Assembly (NCBI GenBank): GCA_005883075.1
Contig: VBAX01000048.1
Coordinates: forward strand, 35,475 to 99,474
Direction: 5' to 3'
Source: Candidatus Bathyarchaeota archaeon
GTDB taxonomy: Archaea > Thermoproteota > Bathyarchaeia > 40CM-2-53-6
DNA: 64,000 nt
Every line of letters starts with the position of its first letter. Within the stretch, counting starts at the first letter, position 1. The notes beneath the pieces are model-generated. The model was not told the DNA's origin and did not search any database. It saw nothing but the letters and a program-made list of their open reading frames with translations. The position numbers and the translations under genes were made by a program. This document shows positions 19,356 to 29,162 of the stretch, piece by piece.

Positions 19356-20033
19356 TTAGTCGTTGAACATCCGTAACGCGACGGTTTCTATCCAGAGAAA
19401 TGGAACTGCGACAAGAAGTATCTCCGCGAGGCCTTTCCAAGAAGCTTGAGCAAAACTTCCGGCAAGGAAGACCACAGATAGACAGAGGGTCACGATCCCC
19501 GTCGCCCTGGAATACGGAGCAAAGGGGGACCATAGTCCGTCTTTCTTGAACAAGGCTGAGAGTGTCAAGGGCGCTAGTGGCAGGGTGACAAATGCGACAA
19601 CCGCGAGTATATTGTGAATGGATTGGGAGAGTGACGTTCCGGGTATCGGGCAGCCGAGGTCGCAGGGAAAGAATCCTGTTGCTAGTTCACATGCGCCAAA
19701 CAGGAGAAGCAATCCGGGGCCGAGTCTTGAGCCTCTTCCAGGGCTCAAGGTCTTTTGCAAGCCGAGCGAAAACATGACGATTAGGAATCCGGTAATTGCG
19801 AAATTTGCGTTTTGAATCCAAGCGTTCGATCCCTCCCCGAGTTCGCTGCCATATTGCTGTATGGGATCGTAGCCTGGCCGTAGGAGGATAACGGTTGTCC
19901 AAAGAACTGCCATCAGGATAGGGGCGACGGTACCGCAGAGGGCTGTTAGCATGGGAAGGTATGTTCGACCACCTCCTTTCTTTGCCATTACAGCCGGATC
20001 CGATGAAGACCCCAGGTAGCGGTCACGGTTCAC
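19356..20033 (-). CDS. DUF998-like membrane protein
   Basis: 225 aa, 6 hydrophobic helices, GYDPIQQYGSELG motif. Confidence 0.5.
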   Translation of the reverse strand: MNRDRYLGSSSDPAVMAKKGGGRTYLPMLTALCGTVAPILMAVLWTTVILLRPGYDPIQQYGSELGEGSNAWIQNANFAITGFLIVMFSLGLQKTLSPGRGSRLGPGLLLLFGACELATGFFPCDLGCPIPGTSLSQSIHNILAVVAFVTLPLAPLTLSALFKKDGLWSPFAPYSRATGIVTLCLSVVFLAGSFAQASWKGLAEILLVAVPFLWIETVALRMFND

Positions 20034-20061
20034 CGTTCAAAAGAGACTTCCTTTCCGCGAA

Positions 20062-21384
20062 TTACTTCTTCATGAAGGGCATGCCTTTCATCATGGGTCC
20101 ACGTCGTTTCATCTGCTTCATCATTTTCCGCATCGTAAAATACTGGTTGACAAGCTCCCGCACTTCACGCTCTGGCCGACCGGCACCTCGCGCAATCCTC
20201 TTCGACCTGGAGCTGTCTACCAGTCGAGGCTCCCCAAGCTCCTTCTTAGTCATAGATTGGATAATCACTCTCCACGCTTTCATTTTCTCCTCCGCCACTC
20301 CCAATTGCTCCTCAGGAAGACTCACACCGCCCGGAATCATCTGGAGAACTTTCCTCAGTGGTCCCATCTTCCGAAGGTTCTCCATCTGATCATACATGTC
20401 TTTCAAAGTAAAACGACCTTCCATGAACTGTTTGACTTTCGCCTCGGGAACTTGCACCTCTGCCTCCTTCACTTTCTCAAGAAGCGCGTTGAGATCGCCC
20501 ATTCCCAACAGCCGTCCCACAAAGTCTGTCGGGACGAACTGCTCCAGATCCTCAACTCGTTCTCCTGTTCCTATGAATTTGACCTTCGAACCGGTCCCCG
20601 CGACAGCCGAGAGCGCTCCGCCTCCCTTGGCGGAGCCGTCCATCTTTGTCAGCAACACCGACCCGACAGGTGTTGCTTCGTGGAACGCGCGGGCTTGAGT
20701 AATCGCCTGCTGTCCAATCGTCGCGTCGATTGCCAATACGATCTCGTCGGGCTTCACGGCCGAAGCAATTCTCTTCATCTCGTCCATCAAGTCCCGCTCA
20801 TTCCTGTGTCTTCCCGCAGTATCGATAATTACCAAGTCGGTCTTCTCCTTTCGATAGTGGTCGAGACCGTGCTTCGCGATATCCTCAGGCTTCTTGGTGC
20901 CGGGTTCGCCGTATACCGGAATATCGACTGTGGCTGCTAACTGCTTCAGTTGGTCCAGTGCGCCAGGACGGTACGTATCGGCGCCGACGATGCCCACTCT
21001 CAACCCTCTCTTCTGGAAAAACCGTCCCAGTTTCACCGAGCTAGTCGTCTTCCCCGTCCCCTGAATCCCAACCAGCATGAGTTTGCGGAACACGCCCGGT
21101 TGAACTTCGACCTTAGCGGGGTCTTGGCCGACAAACTTTGTCATTTCTTCGTATAGTACCTTGACAACATGCTCGCGTCTGGTGATTCCTGGAGGAAGGT
21201 TCGCCTTCAGCGAACGATCTTCGACTGCCTTGGATAGTTGAAGAACAAGCTCGACGTTCACGTCTGCCTGCAATAGTGTTCTCTGGAGGTCTTTCACAAG
21301 TTCCTTGATCGCCTTCTCGTCCACGTTCGGCATCCGCAAGAGCTTGCGGACGGCATCCGTCAGAGAACGGCCAACCGTTTCCAA
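20062..21384 (-). CDS. srp54: Signal recognition particle protein SRP54
   Basis: N-G-M domain layout: GIQGTGKTT, DTAGR, TKMDG, and a Met-rich C-terminal M domain. Confidence 0.95.
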   Translation of the reverse strand: METVGRSLTDAVRKLLRMPNVDEKAIKELVKDLQRTLLQADVNVELVLQLSKAVEDRSLKANLPPGITRREHVVKVLYEEMTKFVGQDPAKVEVQPGVFRKLMLVGIQGTGKTTSSVKLGRFFQKRGLRVGIVGADTYRPGALDQLKQLAATVDIPVYGEPGTKKPEDIAKHGLDHYRKEKTDLVIIDTAGRHRNERDLMDEMKRIASAVKPDEIVLAIDATIGQQAITQARAFHEATPVGSVLLTKMDGSAKGGGALSAVAGTGSKVKFIGTGERVEDLEQFVPTDFVGRLLGMGDLNALLEKVKEAEVQVPEAKVKQFMEGRFTLKDMYDQMENLRKMGPLRKVLQMIPGGVSLPEEQLGVAEEKMKAWRVIIQSMTKKELGEPRLVDSSRSKRIARGAGRPEREVRELVNQYFTMRKMMKQMKRRGPMMKGMPFMKK

Positions 21385-21386
21385 GA

Positions 21387-22301
21387 CTACTCTCTCAACG
21401 TTCTCACGCGCTTCTTAACCTTCCCGAGGACGGCAGCCATTATCAGCGGGAAGCAGACAGTTGCATCACCGTAAACATCGACGAACCTTCCTCCTTTCCG
21501 GATCTTCCTCCAGCTGATCGACTCGGCCAACGGAGCACCACTCAGTCCTCCCGGCTCCGGCCTGTCAGCGGTGATCTGAACCGCTGCATCAACCCCCTCT
21601 CGCAGAACACTGGCCAAGAGGGTGTGGTGCTTAGGTAATCCTCCGCCCAGAATTAGAACCCCGAGCTTTTTCGAGGTCATTGCCATTTCTACCATGTTCG
21701 TCACGTCCGCCATTGGGTTCAACTGAAGTAATTCTGTCTGAGAGAAGCTCCAGAGGCTAAGACCAAGGATCGAATCCAGCAGACCTGGTGAGAAGACCTT
21801 GACCTTGCTATGGGCAGCCTTGTAGAGAATCGAATCATTGTCTCGCAGCAGGAGGCCAATTTTTCCCAGGATGTCTGAGAATGCCACTCCTCGCCTCTGA
21901 TCAGGTGGAATTTTTCCAAGAAGCCCTCGGACAGTCTTGTCCAGAATCTGGAATGATTCTTCTTTGACAAAGATGTCCGCGATCCGACTGAACCCCTTCT
22001 TGATCAAGAGACGATCGTCAACCTGGAACGTTCCCTGATAATGGTGCAGACCAAGGGCCTCGATCACATCATGGGTCAGATTCGCCCCTGAGGTCACGAT
22101 CGCATCGAGAAACCCTCGATCGATCAAATCTCCAATGAGCAATCGAAATCCCGATGGGACCATTGGCCCTGCAAGTGTCAGGAAATTTGTGAAGTCTGGT
22201 CCTCGGAACATTTCTTCGACAACATCGGCGGCTGCCCCGATTCGGCCTCCACCTAGGACCCCGGTTGCGCTCATCTCTCGGACTAGAGCGCCGGCCGTCA
22301 T
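21387..22301 (-). CDS. dys: Deoxyhypusine synthase (paralog 1, adjacent to aIF5A)
   Basis: DHS family blocks: VTSGANLTHD, ILGGGLPKHH, ESISWRKI. It lies 58 nt downstream of aIF5A and 2 nt upstream of srp54. Confidence 0.85.
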   Translation of the reverse strand: MTAGALVREMSATGVLGGGRIGAAADVVEEMFRGPDFTNFLTLAGPMVPSGFRLLIGDLIDRGFLDAIVTSGANLTHDVIEALGLHHYQGTFQVDDRLLIKKGFSRIADIFVKEESFQILDKTVRGLLGKIPPDQRRGVAFSDILGKIGLLLRDNDSILYKAAHSKVKVFSPGLLDSILGLSLWSFSQTELLQLNPMADVTNMVEMAMTSKKLGVLILGGGLPKHHTLLASVLREGVDAAVQITADRPEPGGLSGAPLAESISWRKIRKGGRFVDVYGDATVCFPLIMAAVLGKVKKRVRTLRE

Positions 22302-22359
22302 TCCCGGCCAAAGCCTCAGGTGTTTTACTCTTGAAGGACCTTTACTCGTAATGGATTGC

Positions 22360-22755
22360 TCAGCCCTTTCGGCGAACGACCATATTCCGCCCCATAACGC
22401 TCCAGTACTCCACTTCGATTCCGGAAGTCATTTGTTTCTTCAAGTCCTCATCGTCCGGCATGGGTGTCTCGAAGGTCTGATAATTCTCCATGTCCATCAC
22501 TTGGAGAAGATTTCCGGAGATGGAAAGAACTTGTCCCGTTCGCTTGTCTATGAGCGGGACCTCGGCCTTGCCGTCAACAGGGCTGATGAGGTTCTTCTTC
22601 TGGCCTGTGAACGCGCTTATCGCAACGATCCTTGCCTTTGCGGAGCCGTGCTTGCCGGGCTTAGATTTCTCGAACTCTACAATCCTACAGGGTTCACCAT
22701 CAATGAGGACGTACTGGCCAATCTTCAAACTGCCAACTTCGACCGGCTTGCTCAT
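22360..22755 (-). CDS. eif5a: Translation initiation factor 5A (aIF5A)
   Basis: Hypusination loop SKPGKHGSAKARI. 131 aa. Confidence 0.95.
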   Translation of the reverse strand: MSKPVEVGSLKIGQYVLIDGEPCRIVEFEKSKPGKHGSAKARIVAISAFTGQKKNLISPVDGKAEVPLIDKRTGQVLSISGNLLQVMDMENYQTFETPMPDDEDLKKQMTSGIEVEYWSVMGRNMVVRRKG

Positions 22756-22890
22756 GAAATACGTCTCGACGGCGAGCAGTCCAAGGACTGCATCTAAAAG
22801 GTTGATGACGATGTTAAGATTTCGCTCCCGATGCTGTCTGCCTGAGCTTTCCGCGAATCTGCCGCTTGCATTTTTTTAGGGAAGAAAGAT

Positions 22891-24018
22891 ATGAAGACCG
22901 CTATGAGCAAGGGTGAAACCAGGAGGATTCGTGTCGGCATCATCGGCGCCAACCCGGATCGCGGATGGGCGGTGCAGGCACACATTCCTGCTTTGAAGTC
23001 GCTCTCGGATGACTTCGAGATCACGGCGCTCTCCACCAGCCGACGCGAATCTGCCGACGCCGCCAGCAAGCTCTTTGATGTGCCTATCGCCTTCGACAAT
23101 CACCAAGACCTCGTGAACAGCACTGTCGTCGACGTCGTTGCCGTCACTGTGAAAGTGCCCTATCACCTCGAACTGGCGACTGCAGCGCTCAGTGCGGGCA
23201 AGGCCGTGTACTGCGAATGGCCGCTCGGCAACGGCTTGAAAGAGGCGGAGACCTTGGCTGCACTGGCGAAGAAGAAGGGCGTCCTCGCCGTGGCGGGACT
23301 TCAGGCCCGTTCTGCTCCGTCGGTGGCTTACGTGCATGACATGATCAAGCAAGGTTACGTCGGTGAGGTGCTCTCCGCCACGTTGATCGGTTCTGGAATG
23401 GGCTGGGGACCAACGGTGGAGCCGTACAACGCCTACCTCAACGACAAGAAAAACGGCGCGACGATGCTCTCGATCGCGCTCGGCCACGCGGCGGACGCGC
23501 TGTGTCACTGCCTCGGCGAAGTGCGAGAGCTCTCGGCCACCATGACCTTGCGCCGAAAGTCCTTCACGATCGCGCAGACAGGCGAAAGCAAGCCCATGAC
23601 CGCGGAGGATCAGGTGTGCGTCACCGGACTGCTCGAGAGCGGGGCCGCGCTCTCGATCCACTATCGGGGCGGCGTTTCGCGTGGCACCAACCTGCTTTGG
23701 GAGATCAACGGCACCGAGGGCGATCTGCAGCTCACCGCCGCCGGCGGCCAAGCCCAGATCTTCGAGATGACCGTACGCGGCGGCAAGGGTGCGCGGTCCT
23801 CGCTCGAGGTACTGCCCGTGCCAGAGCAGTATCGGTGGTCGCCGCCGCAAGGTCCAGGCCCTTCCACAAACGTCGCCGAAGCATACGCGCGCTTCGCCCG
23901 CGACTATCGCGAGGGGACACATTTCTGCCCCACGTTCGACGACGCGGTCACGCGCCATCGCATGCTGAACGCGATCGAAACGGCCGCGGCAACCGGTCAG
24001 CGTCAAACGCTCGGTTGA
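22891..24018 (+). CDS. Gfo/Idh/MocA-family NAD(P)-dependent oxidoreductase, GC-rich
   Basis: N-terminal Rossmann RVGIIGANPDRGWA and EWPL motif (YCEWPLG). Codon third positions are almost all G/C, and the antisense frame is open over the full length. Confidence 0.85.
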   Translation: MKTAMSKGETRRIRVGIIGANPDRGWAVQAHIPALKSLSDDFEITALSTSRRESADAASKLFDVPIAFDNHQDLVNSTVVDVVAVTVKVPYHLELATAALSAGKAVYCEWPLGNGLKEAETLAALAKKKGVLAVAGLQARSAPSVAYVHDMIKQGYVGEVLSATLIGSGMGWGPTVEPYNAYLNDKKNGATMLSIALGHAADALCHCLGEVRELSATMTLRRKSFTIAQTGESKPMTAEDQVCVTGLLESGAALSIHYRGGVSRGTNLLWEINGTEGDLQLTAAGGQAQIFEMTVRGGKGARSSLEVLPVPEQYRWSPPQGPGPSTNVAEAYARFARDYREGTHFCPTFDDAVTRHRMLNAIETAAATGQRQTLG

Positions 24019-24217
24019 TCCGGCGAGAAGCGTCCCTGAAGAGCGAAAGTTTACGGCTTGGGCTAGAGGTGTTATGTTACCGAAATCGCCGTATTAGGCT
24101 ATCAAAGACTAACATCGGCCCTCGGATTTCATCTAAAAGACTTCGCGTGATTCGAAGGGTACTCCTAGAGAATTCTTTTCAACTGGTCTATTCCTGTTCT
24201 CCACGATTCGGAAAGTC

Positions 24218-25057
24218 ATGTCTAAGGCAGTCGGCATCCTGGCCAAGAGAGGCTCGAAAGAAATCCTCTCCGAGGCGAGGAGGATTTACAAAATAGTCGA
24301 ACAGCACGGATTCAGATTCGTTCCCGACGAAGATCTAGGAAGAACGGCGAAGATTCCGGGTGGCAAGCCTCTCAGACGAATGGAGATCGCGCTCCTCGTA
24401 ACCTTGGGAGGGGATGGCACCGTACTGAAAGCGGCTAAAGAGATGTTCAAGCCAAAAACCCCGATCTTAGCGGTAAACATGGGCCGGAGAGGTTACCTCA
24501 CCGAGGTCGAGCCTTCTGAGTTCGAGACCGCGTTCAGCAAGTGGGAGAAAGGCAATTACGAGCTGGAGGAGCAATGGAAACTCTCGGTGTTCCACAAGGG
24601 CCAAGTTGTGGGCGAGGCTCTCAACGAGGCACTCCTACTTCCAACCATACCCGCGAAAATGCTCAACCTCACTATAGCCCTCGGGGGCAAACAAGTCTTC
24701 CAGGCTCGGGCCGATGGAATCATCGTCTCCACCCCAACCGGCTCGACAGCCCATTCCTTTTCGGCAGGAGGACCGGTTCTCGAAACCTCGATGGATAGCG
24801 TATCGCTAACGCTTATCGCCCCTCTTCAACCAGTCAAGTCCATCGTCGTCCCGGTGAGAGCAGGAGTTCAGCTGCGAGTGGCAGAACCTGGTCCAAGTGC
24901 TAACCTGGTGGTAGATGGCCGTCTCGAGCGAGAGATAGGGATCGGGCAGTCGTTATCCTTCAGAAAATCCGTCAACAGTACGTTTTTCGTCAGGTTCGGT
25001 GACTCATTTCTCCAGAGGAGTCTGAGAAGATTGTCCTCCGAAAGGGAAAACGGTTGA
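24218..25057 (+). CDS. nadK: NAD kinase
   Basis: GGDGT motif (VTLGGDGTVLKAA) and STPTGSTAHSFSAGGP. Confidence 0.85.
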   Translation: MSKAVGILAKRGSKEILSEARRIYKIVEQHGFRFVPDEDLGRTAKIPGGKPLRRMEIALLVTLGGDGTVLKAAKEMFKPKTPILAVNMGRRGYLTEVEPSEFETAFSKWEKGNYELEEQWKLSVFHKGQVVGEALNEALLLPTIPAKMLNLTIALGGKQVFQARADGIIVSTPTGSTAHSFSAGGPVLETSMDSVSLTLIAPLQPVKSIVVPVRAGVQLRVAEPGPSANLVVDGRLEREIGIGQSLSFRKSVNSTFFVRFGDSFLQRSLRRLSSERENG

Positions 25058-25581
25058 AGGTGCTCGTGTTGGATACTTCGGCGTTCATAATGGGCTTCAA
25101 CCCAACCCGGCCGGGAGAAGTGTACACAGTGCCGGCTGTAGAGGACGAGCTGATGAGGGGGACGATGACACAGCTACGATTTCACGTGAACAAAGAGAAG
25201 GGCAAGGTGATTCTCAGGTTCCCATCTCTCCGTGCCTTGGAATCGGTCGAAGCAGTCAGCACCAAGGCAGGCGAGAAGGGCCATGTTTCACAAGCGGATC
25301 GAGAGGTTGTCGCTCTCGCTCTGGATCTGAAACTAGACGGGCAAGAGCCTGTTATCGTCAGCGATGATTACGCGGTGCAGAACATGGCCGAGCATCTCAG
25401 TCTCAACTATGGATCACTCGCCAATTTCGGGATCGTTCACAAGTTTAACTGGATAATGTACTGCCCAGCCTGCCATCGGAGATCCACGGGACCCGAAAAA
25501 ACGTGTAGGGTATGCGGCACCGAGCTCAAGAGAAAAGTATTGTCTCGGTCCAAAATATCTCGCGGCCACGCTCTGGGATGA
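25054..25581 (+). CDS. nob1: Nob1-type endonuclease (PIN domain plus zinc ribbon)
   Basis: PIN acidic residues (VLDTSAF, VSDDYAVQN) and C-terminal CPACHRR...CRVCGTEL. It overlaps the nadK stop by 4 nt. Confidence 0.75.
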   Translation: MKVLVLDTSAFIMGFNPTRPGEVYTVPAVEDELMRGTMTQLRFHVNKEKGKVILRFPSLRALESVEAVSTKAGEKGHVSQADREVVALALDLKLDGQEPVIVSDDYAVQNMAEHLSLNYGSLANFGIVHKFNWIMYCPACHRRSTGPEKTCRVCGTELKRKVLSRSKISRGHALG

Positions 25582-25632
25582 ATAATCACGACAAAACCGA
25601 ATTCTAAGCACCACGAGTCGGATCCTACCCGT

Positions 25633-26019
25633 GTGACGGGGATTGGTGGAGTATTCTTCAAGGCCAAAGATCCTGGAAAACTGATGCCTTGGTATACAAC
25701 CCATCTGGGAGTCAAACCCGAAACTGAAGGATCTAGCACGACCATGTTTCAATGGCGAGAGAAAGACGATACCAAACAAGTCGGGTACACAGTCTGGTCA
25801 ATATTTCCGCATGACACGAAGTATTTTGATCCAAGTGCCTCGTCCTTCATGATCAACTTCCGGGTCAAGGATCTTGACAGGCTATTGGATCAGCTCAAAC
25901 GAGAAGGCGTGAAAGTCGACGACAAGAGAGAAGAAGACGATTACGGGAAGTTCGGATGGATTATCGATCCCGAAGGCAACCGGATTGAGCTCTGGGAACC
26001 AAAGGGCGAGCCTCCCTGA
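25633..26019 (+). CDS. VOC/glyoxalase-family protein
   Basis: IGGVFFKAKDP...WY..HLGV and a C-terminal GWIIDPEGNRIELWEP. GTG start. Confidence 0.7.
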   Translation: MTGIGGVFFKAKDPGKLMPWYTTHLGVKPETEGSSTTMFQWREKDDTKQVGYTVWSIFPHDTKYFDPSASSFMINFRVKDLDRLLDQLKREGVKVDDKREEDDYGKFGWIIDPEGNRIELWEPKGEPP

Positions 26020-26102
26020 ATGATTCCTCTAGTACTGGTATGTGAAGCATTTTTCAGAAGAATTAAATCCGGTACCCAGTCCAACGTGGCAATGATACAG
26101 CC

Positions 26103-26840
26103 TTGTTGAAAACCGAGACAAATCTTTACGATGATATGTCGAAAGGACGCGTTGACCCTTCGAAATGGAAGATTCTCAGCTTCCCAATGGGCAACGGCGA
26201 AAACTGGGTCTGGGAAGAACCCAAGGCCAAGATAGCATCCCGGAATTCCAGTCTAGCGCTGACCGTAGATCCATTCACTCGGAAGCATGACAAGATCCAC
26301 ATGTTCGATGATCCGAAGCAACTGTATGCCTCCACGAGAACCTTTCCAGTATCACGTGATCAGGTGACGGTTTTCGAGGCTGAGATGGGAGCCGAGACCT
26401 ATAGGAGCAACGCAGAGGATCTGCAAGACGCGTTCGCGGGCCTCATACTCATGGACTTCTCGACAGGCCTGATATTCGACTTCATCACGACTGGGAAAAA
26501 GATTGGAGTAATCTACGAGCGACTCCTGATCCCTGGTGTCACAGATGAGAAGACAGCGTTCACCTACCTAATTGAGGCACCGTTTTCGGGGGTTCGTACG
26601 AAGCCCGAAATGATGCACCACTATATGGTCAGAATAGACGCGCAAAGGAAGAGGGCCGAATGGATTGTCGATGGCAAGGAGTTCTTCAAGACAGAGAGCC
26701 TCCCAGTGGCTCCAAAGGACATTCTCGTAGGCTGGGGACTCTTCACACTCAAACCCGTTGACCCAGAGAAGGGCAGCGTGTCAGTTCACGGTCAAGGCGC
26801 AACCGGCATCTGGAAGAATTTCAGATACTCGATGCCCTGA
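26103..26840 (+). CDS. Hypothetical protein (beta-rich, no recognised catalytic motif)
   Basis: 245-aa ORF with coding-like composition. TTG start. Confidence 0.4.
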   Translation: MLKTETNLYDDMSKGRVDPSKWKILSFPMGNGENWVWEEPKAKIASRNSSLALTVDPFTRKHDKIHMFDDPKQLYASTRTFPVSRDQVTVFEAEMGAETYRSNAEDLQDAFAGLILMDFSTGLIFDFITTGKKIGVIYERLLIPGVTDEKTAFTYLIEAPFSGVRTKPEMMHHYMVRIDAQRKRAEWIVDGKEFFKTESLPVAPKDILVGWGLFTLKPVDPEKGSVSVHGQGATGIWKNFRYSMP

Positions 26841-26876
26841 GCAAACACGATTTGCTCGATGGCTCGAGTTGACTTC

Positions 26877-28235
26877 CTAGGCGACTATTTTGGGCGCGTC
26901 GCTTATCATGCCGGTGACAGACTCATAGTCCCAAGGACCTTTGGACCTCACCGAGGTCTTCTTCTTGAGACCGATGTAGCCTAGAGAACCAAGCTTTTCG
27001 ACCAACCAAGCAGCGTAAGCCGGCGACCCGGTAGCTCCTGGAGAGTTATAGTTGGTAATGTGGTACGACAATGGGCCTTTGATCTCGATAGCTTCCTTGA
27101 TGAAGTTACCACTTCGATCGATGACTTGCGCGCGGACCCCTGCAATCCCAGGTTTGACGAGATAGTCTAATTTGAGTTCTGGAATGAACTCCTGCGCCCT
27201 TCTCGCCATTTCTGACTTGAAGATGGACGATTTCCATTCTTGCCCTGCTAGAGTCAGGAAGTCTTTGTTGTAAAGAAGAGCGATCTTGTTCATCATCGGA
27301 GACTCTAGAAGCTTTTCCAAGGCTTGTATCGGGTTCTTGAAAAAGCCCCTGTAAGTGTAGGGTCCAGCAACTGGGACGGCGTTGGGTCCTATCTCTCGAC
27401 GCCCATCCGCACGGCATATCCAGTGCGGATCTAGGAAGGGCAGTTCGGGATGTTGCGCTACTGTGTAGATATTTCTGGTCGCTAGGTATCTCCACTCGTT
27501 TCCTATCTCCCAGTATTCTCCTCGGAAGTTGAGGTCGGCGTATTCTCTTCCGACGCCGAGCATATGGGCTATTCGCATGGAGTTTCCTCCCGCGCAGTTT
27601 ACCAGGAAACGGGTCCGAATTGTCTCACCGCCATTTTTGGGCTGAATCTCCAAGAGGTCTTTGGTTACTTTGATCGATTTTACCTCGAAACCGAGAATGA
27701 ATTTCACCCCTTCCCGTTCCGCGTCACCCCGCAGAGATCGCGTAAAGGAGGGATAGTCGACAGAGGTGTCGGTTTTCGACCATATTGCCCCATGAGATCT
27801 CACATGAGGTTCAAGCTCGCGCACCTCTTCTGCCGTGAGAATTTCGAGCTCGTCTTCTCCCATCCCATTCTCTATGCCCCAGTGATAGTACTTCTCCACC
27901 CGCTTCACATCCGCGTCTCGTGTCGCCGCCTCCAATGTTGTCACCGGCGACCAGGGCAGGCCTCGTTCTTTCGCGTATGACTTCCACATTCCATAAGCTG
28001 CTTGGGAGGATCGTGCAAAGACTCGGCGTTTGACAGGGTCCAAGTAGAAAGGGCGGTGAACGACTCCAGTATTCCTCTTGGAAGTGTGAACCGCAACCTG
28101 TTGTTCTTTCTCGATAACGGCGATTCGGCCTTCATACTGGTTCGCCAGCCAGTAAGAAACGGAGGTCCCAAGGATGCCGCCTCCAATGATCGTAACATCC
28201 CACGGTTCCAGCGATGCCAAGGGCCCACTGATCAA
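26877..28235 (-). CDS. FAD-dependent oxidoreductase (DAO family, L-2-hydroxyglutarate oxidase-like)
   Basis: N-terminal dinucleotide fold DVTIIGGGILGTSVSYWLA. 452 aa. Confidence 0.7.
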   Translation of the reverse strand: MISGPLASLEPWDVTIIGGGILGTSVSYWLANQYEGRIAVIEKEQQVAVHTSKRNTGVVHRPFYLDPVKRRVFARSSQAAYGMWKSYAKERGLPWSPVTTLEAATRDADVKRVEKYYHWGIENGMGEDELEILTAEEVRELEPHVRSHGAIWSKTDTSVDYPSFTRSLRGDAEREGVKFILGFEVKSIKVTKDLLEIQPKNGGETIRTRFLVNCAGGNSMRIAHMLGVGREYADLNFRGEYWEIGNEWRYLATRNIYTVAQHPELPFLDPHWICRADGRREIGPNAVPVAGPYTYRGFFKNPIQALEKLLESPMMNKIALLYNKDFLTLAGQEWKSSIFKSEMARRAQEFIPELKLDYLVKPGIAGVRAQVIDRSGNFIKEAIEIKGPLSYHITNYNSPGATGSPAYAAWLVEKLGSLGYIGLKKKTSVRSKGPWDYESVTGMISDAPKIVA

Positions 28236-28349
28236 AGAGATGTTCAGTATGCTATATTCGGGTTATGCATTACTTTCCTAAAACAGACAGGCTCCGCTCT
28301 CTTACCGAAACGGCTGACACCTTTCCGAGACGGACAGTCTCGGCCATTC

Positions 28350-29162
28350 TCAGGGCTTTCCCTTGAGCCTAATTGTTCGAAGAATGATCCAGTAAGCAAG
28401 GGCTCCAATCACAGCAAGAGGCAGTGAGGTGGCGAGGAGATTCGCGAGCGCACCGGTTTCCAGAGCGTTTCCACCAAAGGCGGAGTTTCTGAGAACGCCG
28501 GCTGCAAGACTAAGAGGGTTGTACTCTGCAATCGTGGCGACCGGGGCAGGAAGATATTGGGCGATCGTTTGAGCCGGGTAGAATACTGTGCTGACTGTGA
28601 CCATTGACACCTGGAGTGCTTGTGCGTAGACCCAGTAGATCTCACCTCTTCGCGATACGCTCGCGAAGAAAGCTGCCAAACCCGCGATTCCAGTCGAGAG
28701 AACGAATAGGAAAGGAATGAGGGTAAGAGCGTACAATACTCCCTGAACTGGAATCGGAGCCCCGAATAACATGAATGAGAGATACGCTATGATTAGCAGT
28801 GCCCCAGAGTAGACTATTCCACCTAGTCCTCCTGAGATGATGTAGGCTCCAACGAGGCCTCGGGTCCGGATTGGAAGCGTCAGGTAGTATTGTACGACTC
28901 CTTCCCGAAGTGCGAGCCAGATTCGTCGGCCCGTGTCTGTTGCGGCAGAAAATAGGCCGACTACGACGATTCCTGGGACGAGGAACTGAAAATATGAAGA
29001 ACCTATTGCATTTGATGCGGGGATCAATCTTGTGTATACAAGCCCCACGACGAGCATGTCTGAAAGGCTGAGACTGATCAATACCGCCATCAGCCATTTT
29101 GTCCTGAAGAAATACGAGAAGTCCGTCCGGGCAATGCGGACAAGTCTTGAGAGTTGGCTCAA
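28350..29162 (-). CDS. ABC-2-type transporter permease
   Basis: 270 aa, 6 TM. Its start overlaps the stop of the upstream permease gene by 4 nt. Confidence 0.65.
   Translation of the reverse strand: MSQLSRLVRIARTDFSYFFRTKWLMAVLISLSLSDMLVVGLVYTRLIPASNAIGSSYFQFLVPGIVVVGLFSAATDTGRRIWLALREGVVQYYLTLPIRTRGLVGAYIISGGLGGIVYSGALLIIAYLSFMLFGAPIPVQGVLYALTLIPFLFVLSTGIAGLAAFFASVSRRGEIYWVYAQALQVSMVTVSTVFYPAQTIAQYLPAPVATIAEYNPLSLAAGVLRNSAFGGNALETGALANLLATSLPLAVIGALAYWIILRTIRLKGKP

Noticed and set aside
22876-24006. 376-aa ORF antisense to the Gfo/Idh/MocA gene.
   Set aside because: Its Arg/Gly/His-rich sequence does not look protein-like. It is the expected stop-free shadow frame of a high-GC3 gene. The plus-strand product has clear Rossmann and family motifs.
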